Below, one piece after another: positions 21,840 to 31,295 of a DNA stretch of 64,000 bases (the stretch's first letter is position 1; each line of letters opens with the position of its first letter). The stretch lies in contig CAWETI010000003.1 in the NCBI GenBank assembly GCA_963812015.1, forward strand, positions 1,248,001 through 1,312,000. Reading direction: 5' to 3'. Below the pieces are notes generated by a model. It was not told the origin of the DNA. It did no database searches and was given only the letters and a program-made list of their open reading frames with translations. This DNA is from an uncultured delta proteobacterium (lineage in GTDB: Bacteria; Desulfobacterota; Desulfobaccia; Desulfobaccales; 0-14-0-80-60-11). The translations under genes and the position numbers were made by a program.

Positions 21840-22721
21840 ATGACCGACGAATCCCGAAAGAGTCCGGTATCGGTGCTGATTTGCACCAAGAATGAAGAGC
21901 GCAACCTGGGTGATTGCCTCAAGAGCGTGGCCTGGGCCGATGACTGCACGGTCTTTGATTCCTACAGCGATGATCAGACCGTCAAGATCGCCCAGGCAGA
22001 AGGCGCCAGGGTGGTGCAGCGGCAGTTTGACAATTTTTCCGCCCACAAAAACTGGGCCCTGGACCACCTTGATTTTAAGTATGATTGGATCCTGATTGTG
22101 GATGCTGATGAGCGGGTGACCCCGGAGCTGGCCCGGGAGATCGCGGCGTTAGTCAGCGGCTCGCCGGAACACCACGGTTACTACCTGGCCCGGAAGAACT
22201 TTTTTGCCGGCACCTGGATCCGGCACGGCGGCTGGTATCCCGACTGGAATCTGCGGCTGTTGCGCCGGGGGCGAGGACGCTATGAACCGCGCCTGGTCCA
22301 CGAGCATATCCTCTTGGAGGGCCCCCCGGGCTTTTTGGAGAACCCGCTCATCCATTATGATTACAAGGGGATCGAGCGCTACTTTGACCGCCACAACGTC
22401 TATTCCAGCCTGGAGGCCGTGGAGGCCCATCGGACCCTGACCGCGCCGGGCCGGCCCCAGGGGCTGCCGGCGGCTTTGCGGGCCCCGGGGCCGGAGCGCC
22501 GTCGGTTCTTGAAAAATCTCGCCTACCGGTATCTGCCGGCCCGGGCCTTGATGAAATTTCTGTGGATGTACTTGATTAAACTGGGTTTCTTAGACGGGCG
22601 CATGGGGTTTCGCTATTGCCTGCTCCACACCTTTTACGACTACCAGATCAGTCTCAAGCTGGAAGAATTGCGCGACCCCCACTCCCCTCTGTCCCAAAAA
22701 TACAAGGATATTTCAGCCTGA
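21840..22721 (+). CDS. Glycosyltransferase family 2 (WaaE/KdtX-like)
   Basis: Start at ATG 21840; TKNEE, DSYSDD.T, DADE and VHEH motifs. Confidence 0.88.
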   Translation: MTDESRKSPVSVLICTKNEERNLGDCLKSVAWADDCTVFDSYSDDQTVKIAQAEGARVVQRQFDNFSAHKNWALDHLDFKYDWILIVDADERVTPELAREIAALVSGSPEHHGYYLARKNFFAGTWIRHGGWYPDWNLRLLRRGRGRYEPRLVHEHILLEGPPGFLENPLIHYDYKGIERYFDRHNVYSSLEAVEAHRTLTAPGRPQGLPAALRAPGPERRRFLKNLAYRYLPARALMKFLWMYLIKLGFLDGRMGFRYCLLHTFYDYQISLKLEELRDPHSPLSQKYKDISA

Positions 22722-22759
22722 GGGGCTTTGGGCCGGCAGGGGAGGGGAGAGGCGGAAAC

Positions 22760-23713
22760 ATGAGGGCGTTGCCAAACGATGACCGACCCTGCGGGATGTG
22801 CGGCCAGGCGTGCCGGGTGCGCCTGGAGGGGCTGTTTGATGACCGGTTCGGGGCGCCCGGCGCCTACGCCATCCTCCAGTGTACCGATTGCGGCCAGGAG
22901 CAGACCTGGCCCCGACCGGCGGAACCTGAACTCAAAGCGTTATACGAGCGGTTCTATAACGCCGGGGTCGAGCCTGACAGCTTCTACCGGGGCCTTAGGG
23001 AGCGCTTCTTTGCCTCCGGCCTGTATCGCCTCTGGCTCTCGTGGGACGGGGACCTGGGTTTTCACGGGCGCCGGGGCGCCGGCAGGTTGCTGGACGTGGG
23101 GTGCAATGAGGGGCGGGGCTTGGGTCTTTACGCCGGCAACGGCTTTCAGGTGGAAGGCCTGGAGCTGAACGAAGCGGCCGCGGCAGTGGCCCGCCGGCGG
23201 GGTTTCCGGGTGCACACCGAGCCGCTGGCGCAGTTCAGGCCGGAGGAGCCTTATGACGTGGTGGTCCTGGCCAACGTCCTGGAGCACGCCTGGGACCCGG
23301 TGATGATGCTGGGCGAGGTGCGGCGCCTGGTGCGGCCGGAGGGCGAGGTCTGGATTTCCTGCCCCAACGCCGCCAGCCTCTGGCGCCGGGTGTTCGGGCG
23401 CGCCTGGGTCAACTGGCATGTGCCCTACCACCTCTGGCACTTTTCTCCGGCCACCCTGGAAGCGGTCCTGGCGCGAGCCGGCTATGAGGTCGCGGCACTC
23501 GACACCTTGAGCCCGGCTGTCTGGCTGGCCCAGTCTCTCTGTGTCAGCCTGGCCGCCCGGGAGGGCCGCAGCAACCGGGTGATGCGGTCGGCTCCGGTGG
23601 CCGCCGGGCTGACGCTGCTGGCCCGGGCCATGGTATTGCCGTGGTTCAGACATCTCAATCGGGACCGGACCGGGGACTGCCTGATCGTCAGGGCCCGGCC
23701 CCGGCAAGGATGA
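22760..23713 (+). CDS. Class I SAM-dependent methyltransferase with N-terminal Cys motif
   Basis: Start at ATG 22760; CxxC..CxxC, LLDVGCNEG, VLEH and PYHLWHF motifs. Confidence 0.82.
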   Translation: MRALPNDDRPCGMCGQACRVRLEGLFDDRFGAPGAYAILQCTDCGQEQTWPRPAEPELKALYERFYNAGVEPDSFYRGLRERFFASGLYRLWLSWDGDLGFHGRRGAGRLLDVGCNEGRGLGLYAGNGFQVEGLELNEAAAAVARRRGFRVHTEPLAQFRPEEPYDVVVLANVLEHAWDPVMMLGEVRRLVRPEGEVWISCPNAASLWRRVFGRAWVNWHVPYHLWHFSPATLEAVLARAGYEVAALDTLSPAVWLAQSLCVSLAAREGRSNRVMRSAPVAAGLTLLARAMVLPWFRHLNRDRTGDCLIVRARPRQG

Positions 23714-23716
23714 ATC

Positions 23717-24970
23717 GTGGCGCTGCGACTGTTGATTCACGGCATCAATTATGCTCCCGAGTTTGTCGGGATCGGCCGTTATACCGGGGAGTTGGGCGCC
23801 TGGCTGCAGGCCCGGGGGCATGCGGTCACCGTCCTCACCGCCCCCCCTTACTATCCGGCTTGGCGGGTGCCGGAGGCTTACCGCCGGCCGGCCTGGCGGC
23901 GGGAATGGCTGGATGGGGTGGAGGTCCTCCGGGCCCCCCTCTATGCCCCGGCCCGGGTGACCGGCAAAGGCCGGGTGCTGCATGAACTCTCCTTTGGGGC
24001 CAGTTGCCTCGCCTGGTGGCCGGCTCTTTGGGCGCGGCCCTGGGACGCGGTCCTGGCGGTCTGCCCCCTGCTGCAATCGGGGTTGGTTCCGGCGCTCCTG
24101 GCCCGGCGCCGGCAAATCCCCTTTATTTTCCACGTTCAGGATTTGCAACTGGATGCCGCCCGAGAACTGGCGATCATCCGGCAGCCGCTCCTCCTATCCC
24201 TCCTGGAGCGCCTGGAACGCTTCCTGTTCACGCGGGCCCAGGCGGTGACCACCATTTCCCGGGCCATGGCGGCCAGGATCAAGGACAAGGGGGTGCCGCC
24301 GGCACGGATTCATCTCCTGCCCAACTGGGCGGACCTGGAGGACATCAAACCCGGGGAACGCCGGAACGCCTTGAGAACGGAATTGGGGTTGGAGGATGAA
24401 GTCATGGTCCTCTATGCCGGGAATCTGGGGGAGAAACAGGGGTTGGAGGTGATCCTGGAGGCCGCGGCGTTCACCCGCCATGATCCAGACATCCGCTATG
24501 TTTTCGTGGGGGAAGGGGCTGCCAGAAAACGGCTGATGGACCGGGCCCGGCGTCTGGCCCTGGATAGGGTGAGCTTTTTTCCTTTACAATCCCGGGACCG
24601 ATTTCCGCTGCTGCTGGCCGCAGCCGACATCCACCTCATCGTCCAGAAACGCCAGGCCTCAGACCTGGTCATGCCTTCCAAGCTGGGCAATATTTTGGCC
24701 GCGGGTGGGGCATTTATTGCCACGGCCCTGCCGGAGACGGAATTAGGCAGGGTCACCCTGGAGTCCCGGGCCGGCCTCCTGGCGCCCCCGGAAGATGCCG
24801 GCTCCCTGGCCCAGGCCATCATGAAACTCGCCCGAGACCGTGGGGCCCGCAGAAAAATGGGGGTTAGGGCGCGCAAATTTGCCGAAGCGGGCTTGGGACG
24901 TGATAAAATTCTGGCAGAATGGGAACATTTACTTTATCGTCTGGTAAATCAACAGAGAGCCGGGGCTTGA
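23717..24970 (+). CDS. wcaI: WcaI-like glycosyltransferase (GT4)
   Basis: INYAPE..GIG.YT, PPYYP.W, HVQDLQ.DAA, GNLGEKQG and MPSKL motifs. Confidence 0.82.
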   Translation: MALRLLIHGINYAPEFVGIGRYTGELGAWLQARGHAVTVLTAPPYYPAWRVPEAYRRPAWRREWLDGVEVLRAPLYAPARVTGKGRVLHELSFGASCLAWWPALWARPWDAVLAVCPLLQSGLVPALLARRRQIPFIFHVQDLQLDAARELAIIRQPLLLSLLERLERFLFTRAQAVTTISRAMAARIKDKGVPPARIHLLPNWADLEDIKPGERRNALRTELGLEDEVMVLYAGNLGEKQGLEVILEAAAFTRHDPDIRYVFVGEGAARKRLMDRARRLALDRVSFFPLQSRDRFPLLLAAADIHLIVQKRQASDLVMPSKLGNILAAGGAFIATALPETELGRVTLESRAGLLAPPEDAGSLAQAIMKLARDRGARRKMGVRARKFAEAGLGRDKILAEWEHLLYRLVNQQRAGA

Positions 24971-25051
24971 TGCAACCCGGATAAATAAGGTCGAACCGCG
25001 GGGTTAGGGCCCGGGACCGGTTGTTGTCAAGAACCGGCTCAGGCAGGAGAG

Positions 25052-26467
25052 TTGCAGGTGCTTGAACGTCGCCAGGGCATTTTCGATGAATACCGCTGGA
25101 TCATTTCCCGATTGCAGTCGCTCCTGGATGGGTTCGTGGTGGTATTGTTGTTGTTCTTGGTCTGTTGGTTCTGTGGGGAATCCTTCCGGTTAATTTTCCA
25201 GGCCCTGGGGTTGGTGACCTTCCTGTTAACCATCATGGTTTTTCGGGCCGCCCAACTCTATCAGCCCTGGCGCGGCGCCAATTTAATCCGCTTGGTGCGC
25301 CGGGTTTTTCTGGCCTGGCTGGTGATCGTGGCCATCCTCATGATGATGGGTTACGTTACCAAGACTTCGCAGCACTTTTCCCGGAAGGTCCTCCTCACCT
25401 GGATGGTTGTAGTCCCTCTGGCCTTGGTGATGTTGCGGCTGCAGGTCTTTTGGGGCTTGCGCTGGCTGCGGCAGCAGGGCCGCAATGCCCGCACCGTGGT
25501 TATTGCCGGAGCCGGGGACCTGGGGCGGCGCCTGGCGAAAAATGTGGTGGACACCCCCTGGCTGGGGATGCGCCTGCTGGGGTTTTTCGATGATCGGGTG
25601 ACGGGGGAAGTCCATCTGGATCACCAGGGCTATCCGGTGCTGGGCACCCTGGATGACATGGTGGAATTCGTTCAGAAAGAACAGATCGTTATGGTCTATC
25701 TGGCTTTGCCCCTGCGGGCCGAAGACCGCCTCCGGCAGGTGGTGGAATCCCTCCAGGACACCACCGCCTCCGTCTATTATGTGCCGGATGTATTTATTTT
25801 CTCCCTGCTTTCGGCCAGCTTCACCGATTTGCGCGGCATACCCCTCGTGGCTTTGTGGGAAACCCCGTTCTTCGGGGTGAACGGTTGGCTGAAGCGGGCC
25901 GAAGACCTGGTGCTGGCCAGTCTGATCCTGATCCTGGTGTCGCCGCTCCTCGTCTTGATCGCCCTGGGGGTGAAGTTGTCGTCTCCGGGCCCCATAATTT
26001 TCAAGCAACGGCGCTACGGGCTGGATGGCCATGAGATTATGGTCTATAAATTCCGCACCATGAAAGTCTGCGAAGACGGCCCCGAGGTGCCTCAGGCGAT
26101 CCGGGACGACCGCCGGGTGACCCCTTTGGGCAGATTTTTGCGGCGCACCAGCCTGGATGAGTTGCCCCAGTTTTTCAATGTCCTCGCCGGTTCCATGTCC
26201 ATTGTGGGGCCCAGGCCCCATGCGGTGGCCCACAATGAGTATTATCGCCGTCTCATTCCGGGGTATATGCTCCGGCACAAGGTCAGACCAGGCCTCACCG
26301 GTTGGGCCCAGATCAACGGCTGGCGGGGTGAGACGGAAACCCTGGAAAAGATGGAAAAGCGGGTGGAATATGACCTGGATTATCTGCGACGCTGGTCACT
26401 GTGGTTCGATTTGAAGATCATTATTCTGACGATTTTCCGGGGTTTTAAGGACAGCCACGCCTATTGA
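25052..26467 (+). CDS. wcaJ: Undecaprenyl-phosphate glucose phosphotransferase (WcaJ-like)
   Basis: KRAED, YKFRTM, LRRTSLDELPQ, VGPRPHAVAHNE and PGLTGWAQING motifs. Confidence 0.92.
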   Translation: MQVLERRQGIFDEYRWIISRLQSLLDGFVVVLLLFLVCWFCGESFRLIFQALGLVTFLLTIMVFRAAQLYQPWRGANLIRLVRRVFLAWLVIVAILMMMGYVTKTSQHFSRKVLLTWMVVVPLALVMLRLQVFWGLRWLRQQGRNARTVVIAGAGDLGRRLAKNVVDTPWLGMRLLGFFDDRVTGEVHLDHQGYPVLGTLDDMVEFVQKEQIVMVYLALPLRAEDRLRQVVESLQDTTASVYYVPDVFIFSLLSASFTDLRGIPLVALWETPFFGVNGWLKRAEDLVLASLILILVSPLLVLIALGVKLSSPGPIIFKQRRYGLDGHEIMVYKFRTMKVCEDGPEVPQAIRDDRRVTPLGRFLRRTSLDELPQFFNVLAGSMSIVGPRPHAVAHNEYYRRLIPGYMLRHKVRPGLTGWAQINGWRGETETLEKMEKRVEYDLDYLRRWSLWFDLKIIILTIFRGFKDSHAY

Positions 26468-26519
26468 ACGGCAACGCCGGGGGGCTGGCTGAAAAGCCTG
26501 AAAGGATGAAGGGAATTTC

Positions 26520-27590
26520 ATGATGAATCAGGGTAAAAAAGCCCTCGTTACCGGGATAACGGGACAGGACGGCAGTTATCTGGCCGAGTTCCTCCTGGCC
26601 AAGGGCTATGAAGTGCATGGCCTGGTGCGCCGCTCCAGCACCTTCAACACCAGGCGCATTGACCACCTCTATGTGGACCCCCATGAACAGGGCGCCCGGT
26701 TTTTTCTCCATTATGGGGATGTGACTGACTCCGGGCAGCTCAGCCATTTGATCTATAATCTTCAACCGGACGAAATCTATCACTTGGCCGCCCAGAGTCA
26801 TGTACGGGTCAGCTTCGACATGCCCGAATATACCGGGGATGTGACCGGTCTGGGGGTGATCCGGCTCCTGGATGCCATTCGCCGCAGCGGCATCAAGACC
26901 CGGTTTTACCAGGCCTCGTCCAGCGAGCTGTTTGGCGCCACCCCGCCGCCCCAAAATGAAGAAACCCCCATGCAGCCCCGGAGCCCGTATGCCGTGGCCA
27001 AGCTCTACGGCTACTGGATGGTGCGCAACTACCGGGAAGCTTATGGACTTTTTGCCACCAACGGCATTCTCTTCAACCATGAATCGCCCCGCCGGGGGGA
27101 GACCTTTGTGACCCGGAAGATTACCCGGGCGGTGGCCAGGATCAAATTTGGCTTGCAAAAGAAACTCTATCTGGGCAACCTCGAGGCCAGGCGGGATTGG
27201 GGCTATGCCCCTGACTTTGTGGAAGCCATGTGGCTCATATTGCAGCAGGATACCCCGGAAGACTTCGTCATTGCCACGGGGGAGTCCCATTCGGTCCGGG
27301 AGTTTTTGGAAGCGGCGTTTGCCCATGCAGACCTGGACTGGCGGGAATACGTCGAGATTGATCCGAGGTACTTCCGGCCCACGGAGGTGGACTTTTTATT
27401 GGGTGACGCCGCCAAGGCCCGGCGCATCCTGGGCTGGCAGCCAAAAGTCAGCTTCATGGAGCTGGTGCGCATCATGGTGGATGCCGATATTAAGGATCTA
27501 ATCGATCTGCGCCAGTGCCAAGACGTGATCCGGCACCTGAGTCAGGAAAACCACCTCGGCCCCCCGGCCGGAGGCCAGGGACCGGGCTAG
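26520..27590 (+). CDS. gmd: GDP-mannose 4,6-dehydratase
   Basis: [38 protein letters not shown] and RDWG motifs. Confidence 0.95.
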   Translation: MMNQGKKALVTGITGQDGSYLAEFLLAKGYEVHGLVRRSSTFNTRRIDHLYVDPHEQGARFFLHYGDVTDSGQLSHLIYNLQPDEIYHLAAQSHVRVSFDMPEYTGDVTGLGVIRLLDAIRRSGIKTRFYQASSSELFGATPPPQNEETPMQPRSPYAVAKLYGYWMVRNYREAYGLFATNGILFNHESPRRGETFVTRKITRAVARIKFGLQKKLYLGNLEARRDWGYAPDFVEAMWLILQQDTPEDFVIATGESHSVREFLEAAFAHADLDWREYVEIDPRYFRPTEVDFLLGDAAKARRILGWQPKVSFMELVRIMVDADIKDLIDLRQCQDVIRHLSQENHLGPPAGGQGPG

Positions 27591-27752
27591 GGGTGGGCGC
27601 CATCATATACTGACCTAAAACCGCTTTTTCCCGTCTCCTGGGTGGGGAAGGTGGGATAATTTTTTCCTGCAAGATATGCGTGACATAAACCCCCCGAGAG
27701 CTGGAAAGGCGACCTCACGCCGCCGGAGACGGGGGAATGGATCAGCAGCCTA

Positions 27753-28694
27753 ATGGATGCAAAGGCAAAAATCTATGTGGCCGGGCACCGGGGCCTGGTG
27801 GGGGCCGCGATCCTGCGGCGCTTGCAGGCGGCCGGATTTAAGAACCTGGTGTGCCGCAGCGCCCAGGAATTGGATCTGCGGGACCAAGCCGCGGTAATCG
27901 ATTTTTTTGGGCGGGAACGTCCGGAATACCTGTTTTTGGCGGCTGCCAGGGTAGGGGGAATCAGGGCCAACTCCACCTTCCCGGCGGACTTTATTTACGA
28001 CAACCTGATGATTGAGGCCAACCTCATTCATCAGGCTTACCGGCATGACGTCAAAAAGCTCCTGTTCCTGGGAAGCTCCTGCATTTACCCCAAGCTCTGT
28101 CCCCAGCCCATGAAGGAAGAATATCTCCTGGACGGCAAGCTGGAACCCACCAATGAACCGTACGCAGTGGCGAAAATCGCCGGCATCAAGCTGTGCCAGT
28201 CTTATAACCGGCAGTACGGCACCTGCTTCATCTCGGTGATGCCCACCAATCTTTACGGCCCGGGGGACAATTTCGACCTGCTGGACTCCCACGTCATCCC
28301 CGCCCTGATCCGGAAGTTTCATCAGGCCAAGGTAACGGGGGCCCCGGAGGTGGTGGTTTGGGGCAGCGGCACCCCCAAGCGGGAATTCCTCTACGTGGAT
28401 GACCTGGCGGATGCCTGTCTCTTCTTGATGGAACGCTATCAGGAAGGGGAGATCATCAACGTGGGGGTGGGTCGGGATTTGGAAATCCTGGAGATGGCCC
28501 GCCGGGTAGCGGCCGTGACGGGCTTTCAGGGCCGGCTGGTGCTGGACCCCAGTTATCCCGATGGCACCCCCAGGAAACTGTTGGATGTCAGCCGCCTGAC
28601 TGCCATGGGCTGGAAGGCCACAACCCCTCTTACCGAAGGGCTAAAAATGACCTATGACTGGTTTTGCCGCAGTCCCTGGGCCCGGGAATCCTGA
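27753..28694 (+). CDS. fcl: GDP-L-fucose synthase
   Basis: GHRGLVG, AARVGGI.AN, GSSCIYP, YAVAK and MPTNLYGPGDNF motifs. Confidence 0.95.
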   Translation: MDAKAKIYVAGHRGLVGAAILRRLQAAGFKNLVCRSAQELDLRDQAAVIDFFGRERPEYLFLAAARVGGIRANSTFPADFIYDNLMIEANLIHQAYRHDVKKLLFLGSSCIYPKLCPQPMKEEYLLDGKLEPTNEPYAVAKIAGIKLCQSYNRQYGTCFISVMPTNLYGPGDNFDLLDSHVIPALIRKFHQAKVTGAPEVVVWGSGTPKREFLYVDDLADACLFLMERYQEGEIINVGVGRDLEILEMARRVAAVTGFQGRLVLDPSYPDGTPRKLLDVSRLTAMGWKATTPLTEGLKMTYDWFCRSPWARES

Positions 28695-28697
28695 CGG

Positions 28698-28844
28698 GGG
28701 CAGGGCGGGGAGGTGGTGGTCTCCGAGGCCGTGTACCGCCTGGTCCAGAGCGAAGTGACGATTATCCGGGAGCTTGAGGCCCGGTTGAAAGGGATTCACG
28801 AACCGGTAGCCCGCTATGTGGTCGATCGGCTGGCTACGCCTTGA
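28698..28844 (+). pseudogene. C-terminal fragment of a class III adenylate/guanylate cyclase
   Basis: Reads GQGGEVVVSEAVYRLVQ..EARLKGIHEPVARYVV..*, matching the cyclase C-terminal GxxxxSE..LKG..PV..Y pattern. No credible full-length 5' part. Confidence 0.65.
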
Positions 28845-28895
28845 TGGTGCGGCCGGTGGAATTGGCGGGGGGCCGGGAGAGGTCGTCCGGTCGGG

Positions 28896-29483
28896 TCAAG
28901 CCTGAGCGGTTTTCTGATACTTCTCCAGCATATCTCTCCTGACGGCAAATAAATTCTCCCCTAAGAGGCAGGTCAGAAGATAGTCCACCAGACGGCTGGG
29001 ATTCTGCCGGTAGATTCCCAGGAGTTGTCTCCAGAATTGCCACCGGTGGCGAGGCCGGATCCCCTGGCGCCAGATCAGATGGAATAAGGCAGTCCAATCC
29101 CTGAGGTCACGGGAGCCAGAAAAGAGGCCCGGGGTGGAGGGGGGCGGGGCCGTTCTGTGCTCCCCGGCCTGCAAGGCCAGGGCCTGCCGGGCCGGCCGCA
29201 TGGTGAGGTAGTAGCGGTAAGCCCGGGCCAGATAGCGGGAAGGCTCGTACAGGCGGTCAATAGCCCGGACGTATTCCGACAAGATTTCTGCCTGGGGGCG
29301 GGTGGGCACGTAGTTGAATTTCAGGTTATAAAAATTACCCGAGGTCTCGCCTTGAACCAGGCGGTCTTCTTTTTCGAGGCGGTCCCACAACTTGGTGCCG
29401 GAAAGAATGTGCAGAAGGTTAAGGACGACTACCGGGATACCGTGCTCCTCGACGAACCGGCAAACCCGGTCCCCGGCGCCGCT
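28896..29483 (-). pseudogene. 5'-truncated B12-binding radical SAM / DUF4070 protein
   Basis: Reads SGAGDRVCRFVEEHGIPVVVLNLLHILSGTKLWDRLEKEDRL..NYVPTRP..LYEP..YL.R. The B12 domain and CxxxCxxC part are missing, and an in-frame stop lies just upstream. Confidence 0.75.
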
Positions 29484-29575
29484 GCAAGGACCAGAATGAC
29501 CGTGGAAACTCAGGATTGATCAACAATACCTGCATAATTTTTCTTGTGCCGGTGAGGCTTGATTGGCTGAGAGCG

Positions 29576-31291
29576 TCAAGGTGTTTGGGTCAACCAGGGG
29601 CGCATGTCGATAAGGCGCACATGCTGATCGATGACCAGACTACGAAAGCTGGGTTCAGAGAGCAAGGCATAATTTTGCCGCCCTGCCGTGATATGTCTGA
29701 TTTGCTCGTCAAAGGGGGCGAAAAATGGGCAGTCAAGCCGGTCGGCCAGCTCCGGGGACACCCCGGGAATATGGGGCTTATCTCCGGGAAAGAGAAAGCC
29801 CCCGCCCTTCAGGAAGGCCGGGGTGAAATGCCGGTCATCGACGATGAGAAAGGCGATGCCATACTTCCGACAGAAGGCCACCACCTCCCGGGGATCGGCG
29901 GCATAATAGGCCCGGAAGAGGTCGGTAAAACGAGGCTGCATTGTGGCCCAGTAACCCCGGCTCCAGACTTGGGCCAGTTCATAGGTGGCAAAGGCCCGGC
30001 GCCGGGCGAAGGTGGGAATGGTGTCCATCAGGTGGGGGTGGCCGGCGATGAGGGCATCCTGGGGCGTGGAGCCCAGGGCGGCATAAAGTTTAGTATAGGC
30101 CGAGTAATCTTTGAGACCGACCCCTTCGAGGCGCCAGGCGCCCAGGAATGCTGCCGCCACCAGCGCCAGGATCGCCAGATGACGGGGCCAGCGTTCCACC
30201 CGGAGCGCCGCCCTGAGGCCCAGGGCCAGAACCAGGCAATTAAAGAGGTTTAAGGTATAGATGAGATACCGGTCGGGGACGAATAACTTTAACAGGAAGA
30301 TCCGAGCCAGGAAATAAAGGAGCAGGGAGGCTAATAACAGGTAGCCGGCGGGTTTGAGCCGTTGCCGCCAGGTGGGCCAGTCCAGTCGCCGGACCCCGAC
30401 CGCCAACAGAGTTAATAGTCCCGCGCAAGCCAGGATGCCGGCCACCAAGCCCCATTCCCGAAACGGCGGGATGAATTCCCAGGGGCTGATGAGTTCCCAC
30501 AGGACGGAAGCCTCCGGCAGGAAGCGGTAACGGCCGTTGGCGTAATATTCGGGATGGTTGACCATCTCTCTGGCGCTCACCAGGGGCCCGTAGCCTGCGG
30601 CGCTGAATTGGAGATTCATGGCCATTACCAGCGCGGCCCCAATGCCCAGGAGAATGAAGTGCCCGGCTTGAGCCGGAAAAGGGGGTGGGCGGTCCCGGCC
30701 CAACCGGGCCAGGAGCCAGGCCAACATCGCCGCCGGAGCCGCCACCAGAAAGATATAGGGGATGAACAGGGCCTGGAGCAAGAGCGCTACGCCCATAACC
30801 CAGGGGCGCCGCTCCTGCCAGCCCAGCCAGAAGAGGGCCAGGAGCGGGGCGGCGAAGGACCGGGACAGACCCCCGGACAGGTTGTCCAGGAAGAAAGGCA
30901 TCAGCCAGAAGACGGCCACCATCATCCAACCCAGGCGGCGGTCCGAGAGGTTCACCCCGATCCTAAAGAGACAGATGGCCAAAAAGACGAACAACCCCCC
31001 CGGCAGCAGCTTGGAGAAATAGAGGGGGGACACCCACCAGGAAGCCAGCCAGTAAAGCCCCTTTACGCCCCAGGGGACGTAGGCCCTTGCATAGCCGGTG
31101 AGAAAGTCGCCCGGGAATAAGGCCGGGTTTTGCCACTGCTGCATCCAGTAGATCTGCTGGCGGACATCGTCATTGATGATATAGGGGTGGGTCAGGGCCT
31201 GGTAGTGGGCCAAAACAAAGATGGCCCCGGAAATCAGGGCCACCAGCAGTTCGGGCCAGGGGGGCGCACTCCGACTTCCCTGAGGCGCCAC
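29576..31291 (-). CDS. Polytopic membrane protein, possible GT-C fold glycosyltransferase
   Basis: Probable GTG start at 31291. TM1 is followed by the acidic loop NDDVRQQIYWMQ, then about 11 TMs and a soluble C-terminal domain. Confidence 0.55.
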   Translation of the reverse strand: MAPQGSRSAPPWPELLVALISGAIFVLAHYQALTHPYIINDDVRQQIYWMQQWQNPALFPGDFLTGYARAYVPWGVKGLYWLASWWVSPLYFSKLLPGGLFVFLAICLFRIGVNLSDRRLGWMMVAVFWLMPFFLDNLSGGLSRSFAAPLLALFWLGWQERRPWVMGVALLLQALFIPYIFLVAAPAAMLAWLLARLGRDRPPPFPAQAGHFILLGIGAALVMAMNLQFSAAGYGPLVSAREMVNHPEYYANGRYRFLPEASVLWELISPWEFIPPFREWGLVAGILACAGLLTLLAVGVRRLDWPTWRQRLKPAGYLLLASLLLYFLARIFLLKLFVPDRYLIYTLNLFNCLVLALGLRAALRVERWPRHLAILALVAAAFLGAWRLEGVGLKDYSAYTKLYAALGSTPQDALIAGHPHLMDTIPTFARRRAFATYELAQVWSRGYWATMQPRFTDLFRAYYAADPREVVAFCRKYGIAFLIVDDRHFTPAFLKGGGFLFPGDKPHIPGVSPELADRLDCPFFAPFDEQIRHITAGRQNYALLSEPSFRSLVIDQHVRLIDMRPWLTQTP

Positions 31292-31295
31292 GATG

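Noticed and set aside
22940..26278. Long antisense ORFs (402 aa, 331 aa), and similar ones at 43632, 45257, 51742 and 58382
   Set aside because: Shadow frames of GC-rich real genes with no recognisable motifs.
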